Source: Eubacteriales bacterium
GTDB lineage: Bacteria > Bacillota > Clostridia > Oscillospirales > CAG-382
Assembly: GCA_041672465.1 (NCBI GenBank)
Contig: JBAYZO010000007.1
Coordinates: forward strand, 367-64,366
Direction of reading: 5' to 3'
Length of the DNA: 64,000 nt
In this document: piece after piece, positions 35,050 through 43,648 of the stretch
Layout of the letters: the number at the start of each line of letters is the position of its first letter
How positions within the stretch are numbered: the first letter of the stretch is position 1
Made by a program: the position numbers and the translations under genes
The notes under the pieces: model-generated
What the model saw: only the letters and a program-made list of their open reading frames with translations
Told to the model about the DNA's origin: nothing
Database searches by the model: none

Positions 35050-35856
35050 CTAAAAGATATCTTCCGGGCTGGCAAGGGTGCCTTTGAGCGTATAGGCGTC
35101 AACCCTTTCAAACGGCTTATTGTCAAATGAGCGGAGCGGCGAGGATTCGGCGTATTCGATTCGCTTAAACCGCACTTCATACTCAAACGGCGTTTGAATA
35201 ACATATGGCTTTAACTTATGGGCTTTTTCAGCGGCCCTTAAAACACTGTTGTATATCTCCCCGCAAACCGAAGCGGGGTGATTTGAAACACAGCTGTTCC
35301 ACGCCAGCGAAATTTTTGTAGTCACCGTCTCAATACCGGCAAAGCTTTCTTTTGCTTGAGCCACACAAATGTCGTCGGACGAAAGGAAAATGACGGGAGT
35401 ATTATGTAAACCCGCTATGCTTCCGTCTATCTGAGCCTCGCCCACAAAGGCTCCGTTTATTTTCTGGTATTGGTATGTCGACGACGAATAGACATGAGAG
35501 AGGACGGCGGCTTTTTCGTCATAGGCGTGGTAGCCTATAAACAAAACGCCGTCAAAACCGGTTTCTATGAGGGGAAAGCGCTTTTTGCTCCCCGCCCCCA
35601 TAACGATTTTAACCCGCCGGTCAAGCTCGTCATAGTTAAGGTTATACCCCCTGCCGTGGCTGTCCCAAACCCAAACTTCGCTCGCGCCGCTGTCAAACAG
35701 CGCCTTTACCGCGGCGTTTGCCTCGCGGGTTGCCTGTACTCTCGCATAAGCGTAGCCGGGGGTGGAAAAGTCAAGCCCTTTGCCGGATTCCCCTATAACG
35801 CCTGTTATGCCCTCAAGGTCAACACTTATGTAAAACCTGCCGCCGTGTACCGCCAT
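35050..35856 (-). CDS. dppA: D-aminopeptidase DppA (peptidase M55)
   Basis: RFYISVDLEGITGV is the N-terminal M55 signature. About 270 aa. An alternative start is at 35868. Confidence 0.75.
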   Translation of the reverse strand: MAVHGGRFYISVDLEGITGVIGESGKGLDFSTPGYAYARVQATREANAAVKALFDSGASEVWVWDSHGRGYNLNYDELDRRVKIVMGAGSKKRFPLIETGFDGVLFIGYHAYDEKAAVLSHVYSSSTYQYQKINGAFVGEAQIDGSIAGLHNTPVIFLSSDDICVAQAKESFAGIETVTTKISLAWNSCVSNHPASVCGEIYNSVLRAAEKAHKLKPYVIQTPFEYEVRFKRIEYAESSPLRSFDNKPFERVDAYTLKGTLASPEDIF

Positions 35857-36102
35857 TTTATATACCAACCTTCCTTGTTAATTTTTAAGATGTTTGGTGT
35901 CGTCCGCCTGTAAAAATCTTCAGCGGAGCGCTCGGTCATTAAACGCTAAAAACAGTATACCATTATAATGGGTGCGTTTCAATGTTTTTTTGTATTTTTG
36001 TTTATGTTGCTTTTTTCCCCGAATTAGTATATATTTATAAGGAAATCAATAATCGGCAAAATATCAAAACGGAAAGGCGGACGGGCGAACGCCCCCAAAA
36101 AA

Positions 36103-36912
36103 ATGGAACACCCCATAAACGGAAAACTAAAAGACAAAAAGCTTTACATACTCGATATGGACGGCACAATTTATCTTGACGAAACTCCCCTGCCGGGGGC
36201 GAGAGAGTTTGTCGCGAGGGCTAAAAGGCTTGGCAAAAGAATTATCTTTTTTACCAACAACGCGTCAAAGAGCATAGGCATGTACTATGAAAAGCTTAAC
36301 AGATTAGGCTTTGAGGTAGGAGAAAACGACTTGTTTTCGTCCGCCGACGTGACGGTAGATTTTCTAAAGAAAAACCACCCCGGCAAAGAAGTTTATCTTG
36401 TCGGCACGCCCGCTCTCCAAAGCACTTTTGAAAAATCCGGGGTAAAACTGACTGACGGCGGCGGCGCGGATATTGTGGTGAGTTCGTTTGACACTACCCT
36501 GACTTACGAAAAGCTTGTCAAGGCATGTCATCTTATTAAAAACGGTTCGCTGTTTTACTCTACTCACCCCGACCTCACCTGCCCCGTCGTGGGGGGATTT
36601 ATCCCTGACAGCGGCGCGATTTGCGCCCTTATAACCGCCGCTACCGGGGTCAGCCCGCGTTATTTTGGCAAGCCGTTCCGCGAGACCGCGGACTACCTTA
36701 TAAAACAAGCCGGGGTTGATTTTTCCCCCGCTTCTTCCGTTATCGTGGGAGACAGGCTTTACACGGATATCGCGCTGGGCAAACAAAACGGCATAACTTC
36801 AGTTTTGGTGCTTTCGGGGGAGACTACAAGACATGACCTCTTAGATGTTGACGATTTGTTACGCCCTGATTTCATTTGTGAACAGATTGAAAACCTTGTT
36901 TGCGAATTATAA
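36103..36912 (+). CDS. HAD-IIA family hydrolase (NagD / sugar phosphatase-like)
   Basis: LYILDMDGTIYLDETPLPGA, FFTNNASKS and VGDRLYTDIALG. Confidence 0.8.
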   Translation: MEHPINGKLKDKKLYILDMDGTIYLDETPLPGAREFVARAKRLGKRIIFFTNNASKSIGMYYEKLNRLGFEVGENDLFSSADVTVDFLKKNHPGKEVYLVGTPALQSTFEKSGVKLTDGGGADIVVSSFDTTLTYEKLVKACHLIKNGSLFYSTHPDLTCPVVGGFIPDSGAICALITAATGVSPRYFGKPFRETADYLIKQAGVDFSPASSVIVGDRLYTDIALGKQNGITSVLVLSGETTRHDLLDVDDLLRPDFICEQIENLVCEL

Positions 36913-36929
36913 CAATTTTAGTTTTTCTA

Positions 36930-36958
36930 TTGACAAAAACCGCTAAGGACATTAGAAT
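36930..36958 (+). promoter_or_regulatory. sigma-A type promoter of abrB
   Basis: TTGACA (36930-36935), 17-nt spacer, TAGAAT (36953-36958). Confidence 0.6.
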
Positions 36959-36991
36959 ATTGTCATTTAATACCACAAACGGAGGTTCACT

Positions 36992-37234
36992 ATGAAATCT
37001 ACGGGCTATGTTAGAAAGCTCGACATGTTGGGTCGCCTTGTCGTACCGATGGAAATCCGCAAGGCGCTTGACATCAACGAAAATGATAAGCTTGAATTCT
37101 ACACGGAAAACGATTCAATCATTATCAAAAAATATGTCCCTGTCTGCGCGTTCTGCGGCAATCCGGACGACTTGTCTTATTTTCACGAAAAGCCAATATG
37201 CAAGACCTGCATTGAAGACCTTAAAGGAAAATAA
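36992..37234 (+). CDS. abrB: AbrB-family transition-state regulator with a C-terminal Cys4 motif
   Basis: MKSTGYVRKLDMLGRLVVPMEIRKALDI closely parallels the AbrB N-terminal SpoVT/AbrB domain. The tail is CAFCG...CKTC. RBS ACGGAGGT. Confidence 0.85.
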   Translation: MKSTGYVRKLDMLGRLVVPMEIRKALDINENDKLEFYTENDSIIIKKYVPVCAFCGNPDDLSYFHEKPICKTCIEDLKGK

Positions 37235-37240
37235 ACCATT

Positions 37241-37285
37241 AAACAAACGCCTTAAGCAAAAACTTAAAGCGTTTGTTTTTTTTTT
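37241..37285. terminator. hairpin terminator (10-bp stem) between abrB and the convergent membrane-protein gene
   Basis: AAACAAACGC (37241-37250) pairs with GCGTTTGTTT (37269-37278), followed by a T-run. Confidence 0.7.
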
Positions 37286-37290
37286 GCGGT

Positions 37291-38076
37291 TTATTGGGCT
37301 TTTCCCGCGCCGGCGAACCAAAGCAGGCTCATTTCGCTGTTATATTTAAATATCATAATCATAAACAACGCGTTTGAAAGCACCGCGGGGATCGAAGTCA
37401 AGAGCGCAGTTACGGAAAACTCATCCGCCGTAAACACCATTATCAGCAAAAAAGCCGCGATTATAAGCAATATAACGGCCATTAAAACGGGGATCTTCTT
37501 TGCCGAGCGGCCCGATACCGCTTTTATAAGGCGGCTGAGGGAGATTAGCGCGAACACAAAATAAACCGCGACAATCGCCCCGAGAATGAACATCGCCGCC
37601 CCAAAAACTTTTATAATAAAATCTTCCGTAAAGTTATATTCTTCAAGCAACGAACCCGCTCCGATTTCGTCAAAGTAAGCGGTCAGGCTGCCGGTTCCCA
37701 CGGCGTTAAAAAATTCAATAATAAAATAGATAAAAACCAATCCCAAAATACAAGCGAGTACAATCAGCGTGGTTTTTATCGCTTTAAGCCCCCTTGGGCT
37801 TAGCGATGATTGGCCGCCAAGACTTTTCTTCCTCGCCGAAATAAAAAAGTGCAGCAGCCCTATAAAAATAATAACCGAAGGGGCTTGAAAAATCAGCATC
37901 GTCGGGTCGAACTCGCTGTCGGCTAACAATAAAATTAAGCTTAGCAAAAAATCGACGCCGTACAAAACAGTCCCCGCCAAAAACAAAGCGCTGCTCCCGA
38001 GCCTTTTTAACGTTTCTGTTACCAAGCCGTTACCCTCCGGGACTGTTAAAGAATTTGTCTTTTCAGTTTCGCTCAT
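37291..38076 (-). CDS. polytopic membrane protein (about 6 TM), function unknown
   Basis: Repeated hydrophobic helices. RBS AAAGGAGAG. It lies directly downstream of the DUF4855-like gene. Confidence 0.6.
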   Translation of the reverse strand: MSETEKTNSLTVPEGNGLVTETLKRLGSSALFLAGTVLYGVDFLLSLILLLADSEFDPTMLIFQAPSVIIFIGLLHFFISARKKSLGGQSSLSPRGLKAIKTTLIVLACILGLVFIYFIIEFFNAVGTGSLTAYFDEIGAGSLLEEYNFTEDFIIKVFGAAMFILGAIVAVYFVFALISLSRLIKAVSGRSAKKIPVLMAVILLIIAAFLLIMVFTADEFSVTALLTSIPAVLSNALFMIMIFKYNSEMSLLWFAGAGKAQ

Positions 38077-38094
38077 TTGTTGACTCTCCTTTTA

Positions 38095-38119
38095 CAAACC
38101 CCGCTTACAGCGGGGTTTG
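38095..38119 (-). terminator. intercistronic hairpin (10-bp stem), weak terminator or mRNA stabiliser
   Basis: CAAACCCCGC pairs with GCGGGGTTTG. On the minus strand it is followed by TAAAAGGAGAG, which is the next gene's RBS, and there is no clear U-run. Confidence 0.45.
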
Positions 38120-38132
38120 TCGTTTTAGTAAA

Positions 38133-40721
38133 TTATTTTGTTATCTTAACCGTGAACTCTACAATTTCGGTGTAAAAACCATACGAAACGCTTAGGATAA
38201 AGCTATCCTCGCCCACAAAGTCCGCCATGGGGATGTAGATAAAACTGCCGTCTTTGTCGGCGGCGACCGCGCCGTATTTGGCGGCGATTTTAACGGCGGC
38301 GCCAAGCTCCTCGCCATTTGTGCCGATAAGCTTATCTTTTAGAGTTTCATTCTTTTTAACGGTAAACTCGGTTTTGGCGACTTTAAAGCCGGAATTTGTA
38401 AGCAGCCGCTTTGCGTAGAGATAGGTCACGTCGTACAAAGACCTCACATACGGGTCGCTTGAGTTATAAGCGGCGTAATACACCCCGGGGCCGGCGTCCT
38501 GATAATACATCTTAATCGCGTTCATATACCCCATCTCAACCCCCGCTTTGAGGTAAACGAGATATCTGTCGTGATATTCTACAGAGCTGATAGCCTTGCC
38601 GGAAATTTCAATCTCCACGCCCATTCCAAGCGTTTTGGTTGTGCGGGCGTTGGAGTAAACCACTTCTTCGGTATAGTCCTCGTTAAACATATAGTTTGGC
38701 TGCATGTTGGCAACGTCAAAGCCCATGGCTTTCCACTGCGTGAACCCCGGTGAGTTCAAATACGGTATCCACACGGCTTTATAACCCAGCGAGTGTATAT
38801 AATCGGTGGCAAAGAGAATAGTTTGCTTGTAGAGCGGTTCGGAGAGCGAGAGCGACTCGTCATACCAGTAAAATCCCACAAGCTTTTGGTTTTCAAAACC
38901 GCGCTCGGTATATCTCTCTATCTGTCTGTCTATCCACCATTTGACCACTTTTTTGCGGTCGGCAAGGATCGACATGTTTTCGGTTATTCCGTCGCCGTCC
39001 ACATCGCCGAAGTTTCTGCATCTGATATCGGGGTTGAAGACGCTTAAAAACACATTGACCTGATAATCCGGTTGGTTCAGTTTTGTTTTTACCTCCTCCA
39101 CCGCCGCCTCAAGCGCGTTTACGTTGACATTTTCAAAAAACAGGTCGTTTTCATAGTCCAGCCAGTCGCTTTTTATTGAATATTTCTCCTGCCCGGTAAA
39201 CAGTTTTCCGCCCGAGGGCAAGACTGTAGAGCAGGGGAGATAAAGGTACGAATCAAAAAAGAAGTCTTGCAGTTCGCCGTCGGTGTTATAATACCCCACA
39301 TAGGGCAGATATTCGGTTTTTGTCGTTCTTCCCGCGGAAACGTTTTCGGTTTTATAGTTATAGGCGAGAAGAATATTCTCGCTGCCGTCAAGCAAATCCG
39401 GCGACGGGTAGCCCAATTCTTCTTCTTTTTCGTCGGGGACGATAGTTTTCGCGGAACTTGAAATCGCCTTTGTGCCCCAGACCTCCAGCTCGTCAAGCCA
39501 AATAAGCGCAGATACAGTAAACCGGAACTTTACAAACCTTGCTTTGTAGGGGGAATCAAAATCATAACTTAGGGTAGTCCTTGAATAAGAGAGATAGGGG
39601 AAATCGGTTGAGTCTTTAGTCAGCACCGTCTGCCAGTCAACGGCGTTTTCGGATATTAACACCGAAAGCCCGTCGGGAAACACAATACCGTAATCAGTCA
39701 AAATAAATATGCCGACGGCGGCTTTGGTGACTTCTGAAATTTTCCCCAAGTCATATATAATCGAGCGCGTCGCGCCCTGAGTTATATGAAAATAAGCGGG
39801 GTTAAGGTAATTGGTATCCCCGAACTTGCCGTTTGTCAGCACTTTTGAGGCGGCGGGAGTGTTATAGTAATCGGTCTTATGAGCCGATTTTAAGGAAATG
39901 CCCGAATAAACCCGCTGGCCTAACCCGAAAATTAAGTTTTTACGGGTGTTATAATCTTCATCGGTTTCATCCCAATACTCCGCCGTTATATTTTCCGGCA
40001 GCGGTTCGTTGATATAATATTCTTGGTTGTCGGAGGAACTGTCCTGACCAACGGTAAAAACCTTTATCCCGTCCACAAGCGTCCACTGGGAGACAAATCC
40101 CGTGAGCACCACCTTGACAAAAGCGGCGTCAAAAGTGAACTGCGTATAGGCGGCATGTTTGTAAACTTGGCTGGTTCCGATAACGCTTGGATATTTAAAC
40201 GAAGTCGCCGCCTTTATATATTCAACCCCGTCGGCGGATACCCAAAATTCGGCTGTCTTTGTGACGCCTTTGCCCGAAGACGAGTCATACAGATTATTTA
40301 TTGAAAAACCGCCGAGATTTGTCTTGAGCCCGCCCAAATCGACAATTATTTCAATATCATTTTTGCCGAGAAAACCCACCCATTTGTCGCCGTCTGCGGG
40401 GAGAGCGTCGTCGTTGTCGGTCAGCTTTTTGCCGTCGTCGGGGTAATTTTTATAGCTTTCAAGGTTTATAGTATAGGAATTCCCATTAATAATATTTACA
40501 TATTCATATTTTTCGGGGAGCTCGCCTGTATAAATACCGTCTATTTTTGCCGCGAGCAATTGCGCGGCAAGTTCTTCCTCGTTATAGGAAACTTCTTGCG
40601 AGGTTTCATCCCCCGGCTCGCTGTCTTCTGAGTTCTGCCCCGCGGGGGAAGGTTTTCCGCAAGCAGTCATCAGCGGGAGTATAAGCCCGGTTAGAAGCAA
40701 TAGTGCTAAGAGTTTTTTCAT
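38133..40721 (-). CDS. lipoprotein with two discoidin (F5/8 type C)-like domains and a C-terminal DUF4855-like GH-like domain
   Basis: The ATG at 40721 gives MKKLLALLLLTGLILPLMTAC (lipobox). Discoidin-like patterns are KLTDNDD...IIVDLGG...WVSADGVEY and LTNGKFGD...IIYDLGK...ISENAVDWQ. The C-terminal part has YLPYVGYY...FFFDSYLYLP...LVGFYWYDESL...WIPY. Confidence 0.6.
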   Translation of the reverse strand: MKKLLALLLLTGLILPLMTACGKPSPAGQNSEDSEPGDETSQEVSYNEEELAAQLLAAKIDGIYTGELPEKYEYVNIINGNSYTINLESYKNYPDDGKKLTDNDDALPADGDKWVGFLGKNDIEIIVDLGGLKTNLGGFSINNLYDSSSGKGVTKTAEFWVSADGVEYIKAATSFKYPSVIGTSQVYKHAAYTQFTFDAAFVKVVLTGFVSQWTLVDGIKVFTVGQDSSSDNQEYYINEPLPENITAEYWDETDEDYNTRKNLIFGLGQRVYSGISLKSAHKTDYYNTPAASKVLTNGKFGDTNYLNPAYFHITQGATRSIIYDLGKISEVTKAAVGIFILTDYGIVFPDGLSVLISENAVDWQTVLTKDSTDFPYLSYSRTTLSYDFDSPYKARFVKFRFTVSALIWLDELEVWGTKAISSSAKTIVPDEKEEELGYPSPDLLDGSENILLAYNYKTENVSAGRTTKTEYLPYVGYYNTDGELQDFFFDSYLYLPCSTVLPSGGKLFTGQEKYSIKSDWLDYENDLFFENVNVNALEAAVEEVKTKLNQPDYQVNVFLSVFNPDIRCRNFGDVDGDGITENMSILADRKKVVKWWIDRQIERYTERGFENQKLVGFYWYDESLSLSEPLYKQTILFATDYIHSLGYKAVWIPYLNSPGFTQWKAMGFDVANMQPNYMFNEDYTEEVVYSNARTTKTLGMGVEIEISGKAISSVEYHDRYLVYLKAGVEMGYMNAIKMYYQDAGPGVYYAAYNSSDPYVRSLYDVTYLYAKRLLTNSGFKVAKTEFTVKKNETLKDKLIGTNGEELGAAVKIAAKYGAVAADKDGSFIYIPMADFVGEDSFILSVSYGFYTEIVEFTVKITK

Positions 40722-40756
40722 TAATATAACCATTCCTTAAAAAAAAATATAAACAA

Positions 40757-40832
40757 TAAAGCGCGGTTACGCGCGGCGGCCGTTACCGTTGGTACACCGG
40801 GAGCAAACCGGCTTGGCGCGCGCAACCACGCT
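40757..40832 (-). terminator. long branched GC-rich stem followed by a U-tract (terminator/attenuator) between the SBP paralogue 3 gene and the DUF4855-like gene
   Basis: On the minus strand, GCGUGGUUGCGCGCG pairs with CGCGCGUAACCGCGC (15 bp, two G-U). This encloses a 41-nt interior with small hairpins (GCCGG/CCGGU, UACC/GGUA), followed by UUUAUUGUUUAUAUUUUUUU and the next RBS. Confidence 0.5.
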
Positions 40833-40846
40833 TTTTAATTAGTTAC

Positions 40847-40878
40847 AATTAATTGAAAAATAAATTTTTCAATTAATT
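40847..40878. repeat. perfect AT-rich palindrome overlapping the stop codon of SBP paralogue 3
   Basis: AATTAATTGAAAAAT (40847-40861), AA, ATTTTTCAATTAATT (40864-40878). The arms are 15 bp. Confidence 0.8.
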
Positions 40879-42408
40879 ATTTAAGAACGCGTCTATCGCG
40901 TTTTCAATAGCTGTCTCATATATGCTTTGCTTTTGTTCATAAACAGTGGAAATTTTGTTTTCCGGTCTTTGACCCAAAAGCGAAGTATAGAACTGAATCA
41001 TAACGTCGTTGCCCACGCCGAAGTTGTAGACCGTTGACATATCATAAGTTCTGTTTCTGAAAATAAGGTCAAGCATTCTTTCGGATTCCTCATCTTTAAG
41101 CTTTTGACCCTTAAGAACCATTTCATAGTACGCGGGGGTGATAATCTTTTGCCCGTGATACGCCATCGCCTCAAGGAAGAACAAAGTGGCGTCAAGGTTC
41201 TGGTCGTTTGTAATGGGCACGCCGACCACTTTAAGCCAGTAAACAGTACCCGAGGCGGTATAGTCGTCCTGATTGACATCGAACTTTGGCATTGGTATTA
41301 TACCGTAATCGACTTCCGCCTCAAGAAGCGTCGAGCCGGTGGCGGAGCTTATAGCCTGAGGCATAAACAAAGCGTTGCCGTTAGCAAAGATTTGTGTAGC
41401 CTTTCCATAAACACCAGAAGTATAATGGCCGAAAAAGTCGGCAACACCGACATGGTCTCCGTCGGTCATAATGTTAAAAACTTTGTTCCAAGCGTTTACG
41501 TTCGCGTTTTCCATAATTCTTATAACCGGAAGGTCGTCATTATCCTTATGAACCATTGACTGTCCGCAGCCAAGCATAAACATAAGCCCGTCATATGTTT
41601 GAGAAACCATTCCCCATCTGTCTTCATCGGCCGGCTCAAAAGACATTTTGTCTCCATGCTTAAGTACAACTTCCTTTGCCATTTCATGGAGCTTATCAAG
41701 CGTCCATTCGCCGTCCTCAACAAGCGCATAGGGGTTTTCAAGCCCAAATTCGGTAATCATTCCCTTGTTAAAGAACATAGCCCATGTGGACTCGTCATCG
41801 GTAACGCAAATGTCACCGGTGAGGAAGAACAGCTTGTTTCCCATTGAAAGGTCGCGGATAGCGGTTTGATCCCACCAAGAGGCGTCAAAATTGAGGTATC
41901 CGTTTCCGCCGTTAACCTCGCCGTTGATCTCGTAAAGGTCTAAATACCAGCCGTTTAAGGTGGATTCGGCCATATACATCGCGCCGTCGGCGACAATATC
42001 CAGCTCAAGCCCGCCGCTTATGGATTTTTCAACTTCAGCCTTTGAGCTGCCTATGCCGGTGGAATATATCATGTTAAGATTTATGCCGTACTTGTCCTGC
42101 ATAAGGCGGGTGCGCTCGATAACTGCCGTGACAACGACGTCCTCTTCGGCTTCATCCCACCAAAATTCGTGTTCGCAATAATAATTGGGATTCGGCACAA
42201 GCATTATTAGTTCGGTGTTCCAATTTTTGTCCGGTAAAAGAAGCTGCTCGGAAGGTTCGGAAGTCTCCTCGGACCCATTGGAAGTGACGGGGCCGCCGTT
42301 TGAAGATTCTTCGCTCGCCTTGCTTTCACCCTCATTACCTCCGCCGCAGGCCGCAAGTGTTAAAATCACCATAAACGCGACCAGCATTAAAGCGATGAGC
42401 TTTTTCAT
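40873..42408 (-). CDS. extracellular solute-binding-protein-like lipoprotein (paralogue 3)
   Basis: The ATG at 42408 gives MKKLIALMLVAFMVILTLAAC (lipobox). Motifs SWWDQ, GEWTLDKL, YGIIPMPKFDVNQDDY, ERMLDLIFRN and IENAIDAF. Confidence 0.75.
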   Translation of the reverse strand: MKKLIALMLVAFMVILTLAACGGGNEGESKASEESSNGGPVTSNGSEETSEPSEQLLLPDKNWNTELIMLVPNPNYYCEHEFWWDEAEEDVVVTAVIERTRLMQDKYGINLNMIYSTGIGSSKAEVEKSISGGLELDIVADGAMYMAESTLNGWYLDLYEINGEVNGGNGYLNFDASWWDQTAIRDLSMGNKLFFLTGDICVTDDESTWAMFFNKGMITEFGLENPYALVEDGEWTLDKLHEMAKEVVLKHGDKMSFEPADEDRWGMVSQTYDGLMFMLGCGQSMVHKDNDDLPVIRIMENANVNAWNKVFNIMTDGDHVGVADFFGHYTSGVYGKATQIFANGNALFMPQAISSATGSTLLEAEVDYGIIPMPKFDVNQDDYTASGTVYWLKVVGVPITNDQNLDATLFFLEAMAYHGQKIITPAYYEMVLKGQKLKDEESERMLDLIFRNRTYDMSTVYNFGVGNDVMIQFYTSLLGQRPENKISTVYEQKQSIYETAIENAIDAFLNN

Positions 42409-42442
42409 ATAACCAAAATACCCCCTTGTTAATTTTCTATTT

Positions 42443-42471
42443 ATTATATAGTTTTTTTTGGTCAAAGTCAA
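42443..42471 (-). promoter_or_regulatory. sigma-A type promoter P1 for SBP paralogue 3
   Basis: Minus strand: TTGACT (42471-42466), 17-nt spacer, TATAAT (42448-42443). Confidence 0.55.
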
Positions 42472-42579
42472 TGTAATTTATAAAATTTAACCTAAAACGC
42501 CGCGATTCGTAAGCCAAATGTTGTGCCTTTTTATTTAAATAAAAATAATATAAAAAAGAATTATGGTTTGTTTTTACAC

Positions 42580-42608
42580 ATTATACAAATTATCCTATAA
42601 AAAGTCAA
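42580..42608 (-). promoter_or_regulatory. sigma-A type promoter P2 (distal, extended -10)
   Basis: Minus strand: TTGACT (42608-42603), 17-nt spacer ending in TG, TATAAT (42585-42580). Confidence 0.55.
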
Positions 42609-42711
42609 TAAAAATATATACTTTAACGTGATTATTTATAATGGCTAAAAATTTTTTATACTAACAAAGCCGTTTGATGCCCGGGCAAAAATCCGCTAAA
42701 AGCCGCCTTGA

Positions 42712-42738
42712 CAAGAAAAGCCGCTTTAAAGCGGCTTT
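42712..42738 (-). terminator. hairpin terminator after the cytidylate-kinase-like gene
   Basis: AAAGCCGC-TTTAAA-GCGGCTTT. The U-tract on the minus strand is weak. Confidence 0.5.
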
Positions 42739-42751
42739 AATATACTGTTTT

Positions 42752-43372
42752 TTATTGACGGAAACTTTCTGAATATTTTATAACGGCGGCCGCCGCGCCG
42801 CCCACCCCCACCTTTGAGGTGTTGATGACAATATCGTAATTTTTAGCGTCGCCCCACTTTTTTTGGGTATGTATGGCGTAATAATTGGCTCTTACCTTGT
42901 CGGTTTTTCTTATGAGTTTTTTCGCTTCTGACTCGTTCAGCGAAAAAAGCTCCTCGGCGCGGGACACCCTAAAGCCAAGTTCCGCCCTTACAAACACCCT
43001 GACGACGTTTTCAAGGTCTTTGAGGACATGGTCACCGCACCGCCCCACGATAACGCAGTCGCTCCCCCGCGCGAGCTTGGTGAGGGCGGCAAACTGAGCC
43101 GCCGCAATTTTAAGCCCCGGCGGAAGAATTAACGAGGGGTCGCCGGCGTACCAAGACGCGCCGTACTGATATCCGTAAATGCCCCACATCTTGGCGGGCT
43201 TTTCATCATAGTGCGCGATAATATCGGTCGCGCAGCCGAGCGCGGCGGCGGTTTCGTCAATTATTCGCTTGTCGTAATAGGGGATACCAAAGTACAAGGC
43301 GACAGCTTTGCCAATGTCGGCCCCGCCGGAACAAAACTCGCGTCCGATGGTGATAATAAGATTTTTGCTCAC
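42752..43372 (-). CDS. cytidylate kinase-like family protein
   Basis: IITIGREFCSGGADIGKAVALYFGIPYYDKRII is the family's N-terminal signature. Confidence 0.75.
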   Translation of the reverse strand: MSKNLIITIGREFCSGGADIGKAVALYFGIPYYDKRIIDETAAALGCATDIIAHYDEKPAKMWGIYGYQYGASWYAGDPSLILPPGLKIAAAQFAALTKLARGSDCVIVGRCGDHVLKDLENVVRVFVRAELGFRVSRAEELFSLNESEAKKLIRKTDKVRANYYAIHTQKKWGDAKNYDIVINTSKVGVGGAAAAVIKYSESFRQ

Positions 43373-43648
43373 TTTGTTTTCCTCCTTGCAAATAAATTTT
43401 TAACAAAGCTTATACGCCCATATTTGCGCTTATTTTTTGCCGTAGGCGGGTTTTTCGCCGCAAAGTAATATTACAATGGTATTATAGCACATAATAAAGA
43501 AAAATAAAAGCCTTTTTTTGGCGTTTTATATAAATATATTCGTTAAACACACCCTTTACATATGTCAAACGAACCAAAAAAGCCACTTTATACGTTTTGG
43601 CATAAAATGAAAATGATAAGAATTTATTGGGGGGAAAACATATAAAGC

